DNA of 64,000 nucleotides from Octopus sinensis. Its lineage: Eukaryota. The translations under genes and the position numbers were made by a program. Below, in pieces: positions 35,771 to 48,476 of the stretch. Under the pieces are notes generated by a model. The model searched no databases and had not been told where the DNA came from. It worked only from the letters and a program-made list of their open reading frames with translations. How positions within the stretch are numbered: the stretch's first letter is position 1; each line of letters starts with the position of its first letter. Location of the stretch: assembly GCF_006345805.1 (NCBI RefSeq), contig NC_043002.1, forward strand, positions 1,860,001 through 1,924,000. Reading direction: 5' to 3'.

Positions 35771-36808
35771 AGAAAATAGTTTTATAGAAATTGGAAAAAA
35801 TATTTTGAAACGAAATAACAAATTAGAAAACAGTGAAGGAGGCCAAACCAAGAAAAAAAACCGAAAAGACCAATGCTTAAGATGATACACACTATAAGAA
35901 CAGAAACAGCAAAAACGTCAGTATAAGAGGAGGAGGGGTGGTATTAATCCATTCGGTCAACAAAGCCCTCTGTATAGCGGCTGACCACCTGTTGGGTTCA
36001 GGGTTTATTGAAGAGACTCATGTCTTGAATGAAATAGAACAAAGGAATCTACAACCATCCTTAGATCTTCTGAATGAATGACCATCCTTAAAATCTGCAG
36101 ATTGAATAGCAAATAAGTGCAACACCACCACACACACATCCGCCCCCATATTGCTATCCTTCCTTCCTCTACTCCTATCACCTACTTCCCCCTACCGAGT
36201 ACACACAGAAATACCCACAAAGCTAGATAGCCTTCATACTGGCAAGAAGGGATAAACGTCCGTTTGTGCTTCATCCAATAATGCAGCATCAACTGATGAA
36301 AGGAATCGATGATGATGATCAACCAGACGCCCACGGATAATATGGACTATATTGTACTCATCCCAAGGATATGGACTCTGATGTCAAAATCACCTGATCT
36401 GTGGAAACGCGCACATCCTGATATTATTGTTATTATATTTTTCCCGCATTATACCGGCATAAGCATGATGCAACCCCGAAAATCTGACTCATTCATCAGT
36501 ATTATTAAATGGTAGACGGCATAATTAAATAGAAGCTTTATTTGCATACCATTAACGTTACCACAAATTAAAACATATATATATATAAATATATAGGGCA
36601 AAGAAGAAGATCTCCGTTTTCTTCGGTTCTTTATACATTCTGGGTAAACTTTTGTTTACTTCCACTTATACCTATCATTCAATTGTACTATTGCCTTGCA
36701 ACAATAAGCATTTGGATATAAATAGGTATCAATCCAGTAGTATACTGGATATTTATTATCCCTCGGATGGTTGTTTAAGCTCTAACTCATATGTATGTGT
36801 AAGTATGT

Positions 36809-36849
<41 letters not shown>

Positions 36850-36852
<3 letters not shown>

Positions 36853-37072
36853 CTTTACTACCCACAAGGGGCTAAACACAGAGGAGACAAACAAGGACAG
36901 ACAAAGCGATTAAGTCGATTCCATCGACCCCAGTGCGTAACTGGTATTTAATTTATCGACTCCGAAAGGATGAAAGGCAAAGTCAACCTCAGCGGAATTT
37001 GAACTCAGAACGTAACAGCAGACGAAATACGGCTTCGCATTTCATCCGGCGTGCCAACGTTTCTGCCAGCCG
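36850..37072 (-). mobile_element. SINE family 2, near full length
   Basis: Head GCTGGCAGAAACGTTGGCAC..GAGTTCAAATTCC (B-box-like), core CCTTTCATCCTTTCGGAGTCGATAAAT, tail CCCCTTGTGGGTAGTAAAGAAA. Confidence 0.85.
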
Positions 37073-37090
37073 TGTATATATATATACATG

Positions 37091-37121
<31 letters not shown>

Positions 37122-37149
37122 CATATATGGATGAAATATGTGTATCTCC

Positions 37150-37350
37150 GTGTTTATTCCACATCTCCAATTCACAACCGGTGTTGGTGACTTTATGTTC
37201 CCGTAAATTAGCGGTTCGGAAAAAGACTCGATGGAGTAAGTGCAACACTCGAAAACAAGGTACTGGGTCCGATTTCTTCAACAAAGATTTTTCCAAGTCG
37301 GTGCCCCAGCATGGCCGCAGGCTAACGACAGAAACAACTGAAGGTAAAAG
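37150..37350 (+). mobile_element. SINE family 1, diverged 3' half
   Basis: TTAGCGGTTCGG..GGTGCCCCAGCATGGCCGCAG..GAAACAA..GTAAAAG. Confidence 0.65.
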
Positions 37351-37355
37351 TAAAA

Positions 37356-37396
<41 letters not shown>

Positions 37397-38036
37397 ACAC
37401 AAACACATATATATACACAGGTGTGTGTGTGTGTGAGTGTCAGAAAACGGAAATAATGTTGCAGTACCTCCCACGGGAATCGAACCTGCATGTTACAACT
37501 TTTCCCGTCTTACACACAGTGATGCACGCACGTGCGTATTTAATTATGTATGTATATATGTATGTATGTATGCATGCATGTATCTATCTATCTATCTATC
37601 TATCGCTCTGTTTGTGCGGTATCTCATCGAATGCGTGCTTATATAATCACGTGTGTGTATATATGGGAGTCAAATGCGTGGTGTATCGAACAGAAATATC
37701 TTTTGGTATTAAATTCTTTCTCGCTCGCCATGTCACACCGGTTTGTGTCCTTCTCCCCCCTCTCAACGTCCAAGCAATCAGTTGCAGGGGAAAACACTGA
37801 ATTAAATACGGCGATGTCTCCATGACTGGGAAAACTAATCTAATACAGTAAAGTATACACACACTTTATGTACACCTGTATACCAAGATGTCCGTATATG
37901 TTTATGCATACATATATAAGTGTACGCGTTTGAGTGTGTGTGTTTATATATACATACATATACATATTTTTATATACGTATATATATATACATATATATA
38001 CATACATAATATATATATACATATATACATACATAT

Positions 38037-38109
<73 letters not shown>

Positions 38110-38147
38110 TAGATATATATATATATATATATATATGTATGAATATA

Positions 38148-38187
<40 letters not shown>

Positions 38188-38859
38188 CGTATATATATGT
38201 ATGTATATGTATATGTATATATATATATATATTATATATATATATATATATATGTATGTATGAATGTACGTATATATATTTGTGTGTGTATGTGCGTGGG
38301 GGTCGTGTGAGCGTGTGCCTGTGTGTCTGTGTGTCTGCAGATAATTAAGTAAATAAAGGTTGTCAGACACTATGTATTTAACACTAAACATGGCTGCGGT
38401 TGCTAAGATAAGTCATTCCTCTCCTTCGATATCTTACTCTGCTCTTACATTAAATTATGTATTTGTGATTCTGCATTCCATTCACCTGAATATGAATACA
38501 AATAAAATATTGGTTCTAAATTAGTTGTAAGATATTCTTTACAAATTGGTTCAGCTACGTTTAGAAAAGAAATCTTTTTATATTATAAATTACATAATGC
38601 AGACAGTAAACCTCGTGTGCGCACTTAGAAAGAAACGTATGCGTGTAGGTGAATGTGTTGTATTGCATGTATCATATTATGTGTGTGTGGTGTGTGTGTG
38701 CGTGCGTGTGTGTGTAAATAGATAGGTATGTTTTTATGTATATAAATACATATGTATACGTTACATATATATACATGTTTACATAAAGAAAGAAGGAAGA
38801 AATGAGAGAAAGAGGGAAGGAGGGAAAGAAAGAAAGAAAGTAAGAAGGAAGCACAGTCG

Positions 38860-38929
38860 ATAGATAGATAAATGGCTAGTTAGTTAGCTAGATAGATAGA
38901 AAGATAGATAGATAGATAGACAGATAGAC

Positions 38930-38995
<66 letters not shown>

Positions 38996-39010
38996 GTAGA
39001 TGATAGATAG
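38860..39010. repeat. (GATA)n microsatellite
   Basis: Direct reading. Confidence 0.9.
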
Positions 39011-40423
39011 GTATCAGTGCATTTTCAGATATATTTGTGATTCAATATTCGTTTCTCTTGAGTTACTTAATACAGAATCGATTTTTCTTCACTATTGTGC
39101 AGTGAACGTTCTATTGATTGCACTTACTCACGAGGGCGAAAGTAGAAGATCATAGATGTGGGAGAATGAGAGCTAAGTAATGGTTGAGTCAGTCGAGTTC
39201 ACCTAGATTTTGGCTACGTTACAACTATAACAACTCATGATGAGTGCTCGGTAGCGAAAAGATCACATCAGTTTAATTCTAGAATGCATAGTCTTCCAGA
39301 AAAAAGAAAAAAAAACATTATCGCGATTTCGTAACGGTCTGCATTTCAATGATTAAATAAAAATTATTTAGCATCAGCAATTGATTGGTGTAATCGAAAT
39401 ATTAGATATTATGTGTGTTTCATCTGATAGTCCCTTGGTAGACATAAGAATTGCAGAAAGACGTTGCTGCCTTGTCAATAGAGTTGCGAATGCAGGATTG
39501 ACATTCCTTACAGGAACATTTTCCATGCATTTAGATACAGATATCTCTTGAAAGCATCACTGCAAAATTAAACGTCATATACTTGCTAAACCATCTTTAC
39601 TCGCCTTAAAATGCCAGCTTTCTCACTTGCCAGGCATCCACAAGGGTCAGATTCTTCAGAATAATGGACGAAATTATTATCAATACTTGACTGAAATTGA
39701 AATCTTATACTCTGTTCTTTACCTATTTTTATAGATCAAGTCTTCGCTTACTACGCAATGTAATTGGAATCAGGCTCCAGCAAATAAAAGGTTTTAATGA
39801 ATCACGCATTTATTTGAGAAAACAAACAGTATCATCGTAATTATTAGATATATTAATTAGAAATTATTTACTGTCTCTACGAGTTCTAAATATTATCTCC
39901 TTGTTGAATATCAGTGACGTTCATTTCAACTAATATAATTTTCAACAAAAGTATAAGGCATTATAACGGCTTTACAGATATAAACACGCTTCCAATCCTA
40001 TTCTGCGCATTTTAAACCAATCACAATTTAAATGCATTCTTATTCAACATTTTCAATATTCGACTCAAATATTCAACACATTTGCAAATTCAAACCGCTT
40101 CCAACTTGAATCGGTGTATTTAATGATAATTAAACGTTTTGTGTCCAAGATAAACATCTTGCATTTAGTTGAAGGGAAGGCAGCTTCCAATTGAAGATCG
40201 AGATACAATGAAGTTAACGAAATTTGGCTAAAGAAGGAATCACTCTCCTAATTGATATCATGATGGAACATTAATACTCTCAGAATTCTACAGCATTTTA
40301 GAGAATGTTTTCACTTAAAAATCGCATTAAATACACTTCTGTTAATATTTTGTGTACAATGTATATGATACAAGCATAAATATCAATTTCTTATCCACAG
40401 ATTTATTTCACCATCTAAAATTA

Positions 40424-40677
40424 CGGTGGCACGTTAAAAGCTCCAACCGATCGTGGCCGATGCCGGACCCCCCTCCCCTGGCACCTGTGCAGGTGGCACT
40501 TAAAAAGCACCCACTACACTCGCGGAGTGGTTGGCGTTAGGAAGGGCATCCAGCTGTAGAAACACTGCCAGATCAGACTGGAGCCTGGTGCAGCTCCTGG
40601 CTTCCCAGACCCCGGTCGAACCGTCCAACCCGTGCTAGCGCGGAAAACGGACGTTAAACGATGATGATGATGATGAT
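40424..40677 (+). mobile_element. RTE-type 3' end or RTE-associated SINE with (GAT)n tail
   Basis: GGAGTGGTTGGCGTTAGGAAGGGCATCCAGCTGTAGAAAC...GGACGTTAAACGATGATGATG. Confidence 0.7.
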
Positions 40678-40999
40678 ACAAGAATGCAAAAGAACAATTT
40701 TGGCAAATTATTGACCATACCAGAAATTTGAAGGAATATGATCAGTTATCTGTATACATACGTTGTAAAAACAATACTTCATCATACACACTCTATCGGG
40801 TAGTTCTATATCACTAAGAAATGGAGAAGTTTATCAACAATCTAAGAATTGTTAGGTAAATACAGTGCTTACTGTGATTCAGCCTTGACTAATTATATCA
40901 GGGAACACAGCTTTTTTATTTATACTACCGCTAGATTTAATTAGGAACAAATGTAGTTTTATGAAATTTACTTCTCTCCCAAATTGCCTCTACAGTGTT

Positions 41000-41825
41000 T
41001 GCTTATGTAGCCAGGCATCTTCGCCTACTATTCGGGTGAGGGCCGTTGGCATAGAGTCCACAGCCATTTTTCTCCACAGGGTATGATCAGAAACATTAGA
41101 CTTTTCGGCTGGGTTCACAAATGCGATCAACTGAGTCTGTGGATATTATCCAACTATCTCGTTCTTGGTGAACTGTTAGGTCTCCTGCCGGTTGGCTCAG
41201 CTTGGAGAATCCGTCTTGCGATTTTTCCCTTCGACATTCTAATCATACGAACCGTAGCGCCAGAGCAGCGACCTCTCAATGCGGAGAAACAGCGGCACAA
41301 CCTGAAGAGGCTCCCCGATCCCCGAGATACTCAACCTGTCAAATAATGTTACGTCAAAGGCCTTTCGGAGGAACTCCATTTCGGCCGCTTGTGTTTGCGA
41401 TCGTACTCTTTCCATCATTACTCAGCATTCTTGACCACGAGTGAGGACAGGTACGAATTGAAGAATGTGAATTTAGCTTTTTTGTCCACCCCTCCCCTTG
41501 TGAGGATTAAATGTTGGCACATTACCGTGCCAGTATCCCTAATTGTGGCACCCAGTTCAGCGTCCTGTCTTCCAGCACTCGGCGATACCCGCCACGAGAT
41601 ACTTTTTCACTTACGTGCAAAATGCGCAAAAGAAACTTTCTTGCCAGACCCAATGTCCTAGTCTTCGCAACACTAATTCGCACTTCTACGTCGCAGCATT
41701 CGCAGGTGAACCCATTCACTGCATGCTGGAGGTCATCTTCTTATGAACCACGTAACACGATATCGTCTGCAAATATCAGTCGATCGATCACACATCCACC
41801 AATTATCATACCATTTCCACAATAG
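41000..41825 (-). mobile_element. Old RTE-clade LINE 3' fragment
   Basis: LIFADDIVL, DDLQHAVNGF, RISVAKT, QAAEMEFLRK, LRIERSLLWRYG, RRILQAEPTGRRP; many frameshifts. Confidence 0.8.
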
Positions 41826-42475
41826 CTTCATTATTTACCATTTAAACATCGATAGTCTGTCTAAAATTTAGATTCTAATATTTAATAAATATATTTCTCG
41901 CAGTCATTATGACAGAAATATATTGACCAAGTTATATTATGAATTTTGCTGTTGTCATTTCATCTTATATGCCTACACTCTACCTACACTTGGTCTTTAC
42001 TTGACGTAGAATTCTTACATTTATTCTAGAACATTTTTCAATACGGCCTTATTCAACTATTTGACAGATTGTTGGCTATTTAACATGTTTCCACGATAAA
42101 GGTGAACAGAAATTAGAAAATAACCTATAATTTGATTTTTATAAATTAACTTAATGATTAATCTTTTAACAAATAAACTTTATTTTTATTAACTAAATTA
42201 AACTTATCATGACTTTAGAGAAGATGTGATTATTCAAAGAATTAGGTTGCTTCATAGAAAAATCATATCCACTATGGTCTTCTCTAATTATCACTGTACA
42301 GGGTAATATTGTTACTATTTCTAGTAGGTCGAGGGATCTCATATTGACTTTGTTTCTGACACGAATCTATATTTCCTTTTATGGAATTTTGTTGTTGCTC
42401 AAGTACATTCAAGCGCACACACACACATCTGTATGTAAACAGACATCTGTATGTATGTATATATGCGTGTTTATA

Positions 42476-42539
<64 letters not shown>

Positions 42540-42585
42540 GTTGTTGTTGTTGTTGTTATTATTGTTGTTATTATTATTATTATTA

Positions 42586-42649
<64 letters not shown>

Positions 42650-42945
42650 TGAGGGCGCATGGCTTAGTGGTTAAGTTGTTGCATTCACGATCGCTAGATC
42701 GTGTTTTCAATTCCTAGATCGGGTGGCGCGTTGTGTTCTTGAGCAAAACACTTCATCTCACGTTGCTCACCGATCACCTTGACACCTGACACGTGCTACA
42801 CTGTGCACCTGTTCCGGCAACGTCGAGTTGGTGGTGAGAGTGAGCTTATGTGCGGCACGAACGTTTAATCACCATAAACAATTCATTTGCAAAGGTCGTT
42901 CGTCGAAAACTAAACACTCATCCGTCGTCTTCGACTGGAGAGTCT
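42650..42945 (+). mobile_element. tRNA-derived SINE, family 3, between two (ATT)n tracts
   Basis: A box TGGCTTAGTGG, B-box-like TTTTCAATTCC, GTTGTGTTCTTGAGCAAAACACTTCAT; (ATT)n at 42477-42649 and after 42945. Confidence 0.8.
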
Positions 42946-42964
42946 TTTATTATTATTATTATTA

Positions 42965-43003
<39 letters not shown>

Positions 43004-43627
43004 AAAACTTTTATTCTGTGACTAATAATTGCAAATATGAATACTTTATAAATAGTATTACAAAATCTGACGAGTTTTCTATCAAGGGAGATAATGAAGC
43101 CGGTTTTTTATGTTTGGGTGTTTTGTGTTCAGTTGACATGTTTGTTCCTTGCTTCATTCCATTCATATTTAAAGTGTTTGGATCTATTTTGTTTTCTATA
43201 TAAATAGATCTTTTCTTGCATTTAAAGTGGAGTAAGTATTAATATGTTTTGTTTTCTATAGTTTATATATTTCGATTCCATTTGAAATTTATAACTTTAT
43301 TTGTAGTTATATTTTTTGCCTATAATAAATGCAAACTGGAATAAGAGTTTCAATTTTCAGAAAGTAGGACAAACAAATGCTTCCAAACGCAGACAAAATA
43401 TATACAAACGAAACATCTTTACGGAAAAGAAACTGCTTCTGTTGTAAATCATGTAAACCAGTGATTGATTCCCAACCACTTTGAACCTATGGACCCCTTT
43501 CATTTTTATTTTACTCAGATGAACCCCCATAGCTATTAGATGTTTAAAATTCATAGCAAGAAAGAAGATAATATTCTCTCCCCACCCTCCAGGTAAACAG
43601 CCCTCCTCAATATGTAGGAAAGAGAGT

Positions 43628-43957
43628 GGGTTATTTGCATTTCACAGGGATCATTCGAAATTGGGTTAAGGCTATCATCAGAGAGGCATTACTTGCATTT
43701 CACAGGGTTAATTTGAAATTGGGTTAAGGCTATCCTCAAAGAAGAGTTATTTGAATTTCACAAGGGTGATTCGAACTCAGGTTCAGGCTACCCACAGAGT
43801 GGCCTGACCAGGAAGTAACTTGAAACGGTGTGAGCAGTAACTTGAAGCCTTTTCATCGGGCCTATGTCAGGGGGAAACTTGCCCAAGGTATTGTGCTGTG
43901 GGACTGAACACTAAGCCACATGGTTGCAAGGCGTACTTCTTAACCACTCGGCCAATA
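43628..43957 (-). mobile_element. SINE-like element: tRNA-like head followed by three 58-bp tandem units
   Basis: Head TGGCCGAGTGGTTAAG..GTTCAGTCCCAC..CCTTGGGCAAG (43870-43957); TTCACA anchors at 43641, 43699 and 43757. Confidence 0.55.
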
Positions 43958-44723
43958 TAAAGCTAGATTTTCTATAAGCACAGTGGAATTAGAATTTAAA
44001 TAATTAAAAATGAGTAGTGTATACCTATCACTTTTTAAGATCCTCAAATTCTATTCAGGTAAAGTTTATTTTTTTATATTCCATTTTCTTCGGAAATACG
44101 GATCAGTTAATATATTTAATTAGATTTAATATTCTCGAGTATGTCTCCTGTATTAGTAAAATTAATCTCCTTACATACATAAACTAGTTGACGTGAACAA
44201 CTGGATTATTGCATACGAGAGTTAGGAATGAACGAAGATAATTAAAAACTACATATACATTTATCTTAAAGAAGCTAGTCTGCTTAGTACAGGAAGCACA
44301 TAGAATGGGCTTTAGCTTATAACCATAATCATTTTGTATGAGCTTATAATTTTTACAAATATTACATGATTCACTATGAAATATATACCGTGTGTGAGTG
44401 TGTGTGGTTGGGGTTTATTACATCACAAGAGGCAGGGTACTCTGAGTTTCAGTCTTAGCTGAACTGTTCATGTGCGCCGTCAACAACCAAGCTAAGACTG
44501 ACTCTCACAGTCGGCTGTCCACCTTGATATAGTAAATATATACGTGTCTATCTACTCTACCCAACGTATTCACTTCTATCCCAGGTAATACCTGCTGCTG
44601 TACTATGTAAAGTATGCTATTGATATAGTTTACTGGTTACATTACTATGTGTGTATAGAAAAAAATGTATGTGTCTGCACACACACACACACGCACACTT
44701 ACATATATATATATATATATATA

Positions 44724-46886
44724 TGATTGATTTTGATTGATTGATTGATTGATTCTAGTTTCAGCTCATGAGCTGTGGCCATGCTGGGGCACCGCCATTT
44801 GGTGTTGCTACATGGTTTTACTTCACGAAAGCTTTTTAGCAACTGCCATTTGGTGCATGAGAGAGTTCAATGCAGCTGCCCTCATCTGCCCCTCCTGCCG
44901 TGAAGTTGGTTCATCTGGGATACCTGACAGGAAGAGATCCAGTTTCATTTTAAAGACATCTGCATCCACCCCATGCAGGTCTCTTAGGTTCTTCGGGAGG
45001 ATATTGAAGAGCTGTGGGCCTCGGAAGCCCAGGCTATCACAGTATCTTGTCCTACATCTTGATGGCAAATTTGGAGTCCTAGGCACCACACAGCGGCGCC
45101 CAGTTCTGGCATTTGTGGAACTCTCGATGCCAAAGTTTGGGGCAAGTCCCTCCAGGATCTTCCAGATGTATATTATGGCATATTTTTCCCGCCTACGCTC
45201 CAAGGAATATAGTTTTAATCTCTTGAGTCTTTCCCAGTAGCTTATATTCTGCATAGAGGCTATCTTCTTCGTGTAGCTACGTTGGATCGCCTCAAGTTCT
45301 GTGATCAACTTGACACTGGATGGTGACCATAACTGAGAGCAATAGTCAAAGTGGCTTAGGACAAGTGTCTTCCAGAGGACCATCATGGTTTTTTGTTCTC
45401 TTGTTCTAAAGGTTCTGAGAATCCATCCGGCCAGTCGTCTACATTTCATTGCCAATTTAGCAACATGTACACGAAAGGTTGCGTCATCACTCATGTAAAT
45501 ACCCAGGTCACGCACTGATTGTGCCTCTGGGATTGCAATCCCTCCGGGTCCAGCGTATTCATTGGGTATTGCATTTAGTTTTGCATGCTGATAGTATAAA
45601 GCTTGAAACTTTTCAGCATTGAACTGCATGCTATTCTTTTCAGCCCACTTGTATATTTTGTCCAGCTCACATTGCAGGCGTTTAGTGTCCTCAGGGTTCT
45701 GTATTGCCTGTGAAACTTTTGTATCATTTGCATAACTTGTGATCGTGGCTCTCTGTGTGGCTGAGGGCATGTCTGAGAGGGCCATTATGAACAGTAGTGG
45801 TCCCAAAACAGTGCCATGCGGAACACCGCTCACTATTTGCGTGTTAATGGAAGTGGCTACTACCACCTGACTTCTATCTTTCAGAAAGTCATGAAGCCAA
45901 CCTCCCAGTTTTCCAACTATGTTGAGATCACGCAGTTTGTGACATATCATTCCATGATCGACTTTATCAAAGGCCTTTGCAAAGTCGAGATATATCACTT
46001 CCACATTTGAGTGGTTGAGCAGTCGTTTCAGCACCCAGTCATAGTGTTGTAGGAGCTGAGTTAGGCAGCTTCTTCCTGGTCGGAAACCATGTTGGGTGTC
46101 GGGCAGCAGGTCATTTTCTTCAAGGAAGGTGATCCGTTTCCTTCTGACTATTCGTTCCATGACCTTGCTGATGTGTGAGGTCAGAGAGATAGGTCTGTAG
46201 TTCTTGGCCTCCGCTCTGCTACCTCCTTTATGAATAGGGCATATTTTACCTTCCTTCAGTTTTCTTGGAAGTTTGCCAGCTGCAAGGAAGCTCTGAAAGA
46301 GGAACTGCAATGGTCTTGCTAGGACGCTCTTACATACTTTTAGGAGGATTGCCGGGAATCCATCGGGGCCAGTAGCTGAGTCTGTTTTCATTTCATCTAT
46401 AGCCTTTATTACATCGTCTTCCTTTATATCGATGTAATTTATCGTCGCCGTCTCTGATTTTATATCTGCAGTGGTAAAGAAGTCAGTTGGATTGGTGATT
46501 TGGAAATGCCCAAGGGGTGGAGTGAAAACACTCTTGAATTGCTCATTCAGTATTTCACTTACCCTCATTGGTTTTCCTGTGAGTGTGCCATCCTTTTCAA
46601 GGAGTGGCCCTATCCTACAGTGCACCGTAGCTGTTTCTTTGGCATACCTGTAGAAAGCTCTGGGGTTAGATTTTATGTTGTCTATAGCCCAGGCTTCTTT
46701 GTCTGCTCTTTCCTTTTCATGGGAGAGTTGCAGACATTTTTCAATTTCCAACAGTTTTATTTTCAGGCGGGACTTTTCACTGCTTTCAATTTGTTTGTTT
46801 AGGCGATTTGAAATTTCTGTACGCCGTCTCATTAAAATTTTCCTCTATCTGGGGATTTTGTTCTTGTGTACAGTGGCCTTTCTCTC
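44724..46886 (-). mobile_element. CR1-type LINE (second subfamily), 5'-truncated, (ATCA)n tail, lying in (TA)n
   Basis: 669-aa ORF; 3' UTR GGCGGTGCCCCAGCATGGCCACAGCTCATGAGCTGAAACTAG then (AATC)n; TA runs on both flanks. Confidence 0.93.
44823..46832 (-). pseudogene. LINE ORF2 RT, open but with mutated catalytic motifs
   Basis: YLDFAKAFDKVDH intact, but VPHGT (for QG) and SYANDTK (for YADD). Confidence 0.85.
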
Positions 46887-47356
46887 TATATATATATATT
46901 TAAATAATGAGGGAGACAAATTAATATTAATTTTAATATCAATTTAAAACCAGTAGTCTAGCATACAAAAAATCTGAGAAATCAGAGAAAATTCTAATAT
47001 ATGTGTATATTGGCAGGGCAAGACTGCTAGGTAGTCGGCCGTATGCTAGAAATAGATCATCAACGATCAAACTACAAAGAAAGTTCTCTAGGGGAAAAAT
47101 TCAGCGAACACCAGAACCAAATTTGGCGGGCAGGACAGATAAAGTATGGGAGTTTAGTTCACAGGTGATCTAAACGATTAGATACGTCAGGTAAGTGCTG
47201 TAGCTAGGGCTCCAAGGTTGTAGCCGAGACAGTAGTTATGGAGTCATTGCAGATTTCCGATGCAGTGGATATAGAATTATTAAAGAGGACAACAAACATT
47301 AAGCCGAGGCAAACATCCCAAGTCGAATACAATATTATTATGAGAAAAGATTCAAA

Positions 47357-47412
47357 ATCTTACAGCTGTTTCTGGGATATCCCCGAATATCGGATATTCC
47401 GTCATGAGGGAC
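47357..47412 (-). ncRNA. Degenerate minimal type I hammerhead ribozyme motif (left arm)
   Basis: GUCC-CUCAUGA-stem II-GAAA-CAGCUG-UA-AGAU; core G to C mutation. Confidence 0.5.
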
Positions 47413-47754
47413 AAATAGAGAAAAAATAGGGAAAATGAGAATGGTATAGATTAATGAGTTGATGACGTAAAGGAAGGGAATAAAAGGAGATGGAAAGAAA
47501 GAAGAAAAAAGAAGCATAAAAGTTCGACTTTCCGAAGTTATAGAAAGCAGAGCATGAGTGCTTAGGTTCAATCCTGCGCAGATCCATGTGGGTTAAAATC
47601 CTGATATAGCAGACATCCCAAGACAAAAGACACGAGCATATCAACGTTCAATATTTCCTTCTTTCTTTTCATCTCCTTATTCTTTTATTCCCTTCCTTTT
47701 AGTCGTCAACTCATTAATCTATACCATTCTAAGTTTCCCTATTTTCCCCTATTT

Positions 47755-47810
47755 GTCTCTGATGACGGAATATCCCATACTCGGGGATATCCCAGATACA
47801 TCTATAAGAT
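47755..47810 (+). ncRNA. Degenerate minimal type I hammerhead ribozyme motif (right arm)
   Basis: GUCU-CUGAUGA-stem II-GAUA-CAUCUA-UA-AGAU; GAAA and stem III mutated. Confidence 0.5.
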
Positions 47811-47917
47811 TTTCAATCGTTTCCCATAATAATTGTATTCAACTTGAGATGTTTGCCTTGCCTTAATGCTAGCTGTACTGTTTAACCATACACACACACA
47901 CACACACACACACAGAG

Positions 47918-47987
<70 letters not shown>

Positions 47988-48057
47988 ACTGTTTAACTAC
48001 ATATATAATTTTATATATATATATGTACGTATGTATGTATATATATATGTGTGCATG

Positions 48058-48125
<68 letters not shown>

Positions 48126-48129
48126 TATA

Positions 48130-48233
48130 TATGCGTCTCGAAACAAACCGATAGAAATCTCTAATAAATTCGTTACCAATACGGTAATAACGAATTTTTT
48201 AGAGATTTCTATCGGTTTGTTTCGAGACGCATA
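48130..48233. repeat. Inverted repeat: 46-bp arms, 12-nt loop, TA at both ends
   Basis: 48130-48175 vs 48188-48233, 1 mismatch. Confidence 0.95.
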
Positions 48234-48445
48234 AATTATAATAGTTATTGAAACGTTTTGTCTTTTTTTCGGCATATTTGGCATTAGAATTTTTCTTTTG
48301 CCCTTATCTTGTAAACTATTTATAAATTTAACCTTTAAAGGTATTTTTTGATATGCTGGCCATTGATAAAATTTTTTTCCCGAAAAAAATTTTATCCTAC
48401 ATTAGTTATATGTATATATATGCACATACATACATAAATACATAC

Positions 48446-48476
<31 letters not shown>

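Larger units (their letters stand above)
47297..47868. repeat. Long diverged inverted repeat, about 210-bp arms and 150-bp spacer, Penelope pLTR-like
   Basis: 47297-47504 vs 47658-47868 align in inverted orientation with scattered substitutions and indels; each arm holds a hammerhead-like motif. Confidence 0.9.

Noticed and set aside
39512-39559. 48-nt minus-strand micro-exon (DAFKRYLYLNAWKMF)
   Set aside because: Good AG/GT signals but no compatible neighbouring exon; short matches like this are frequent by chance.
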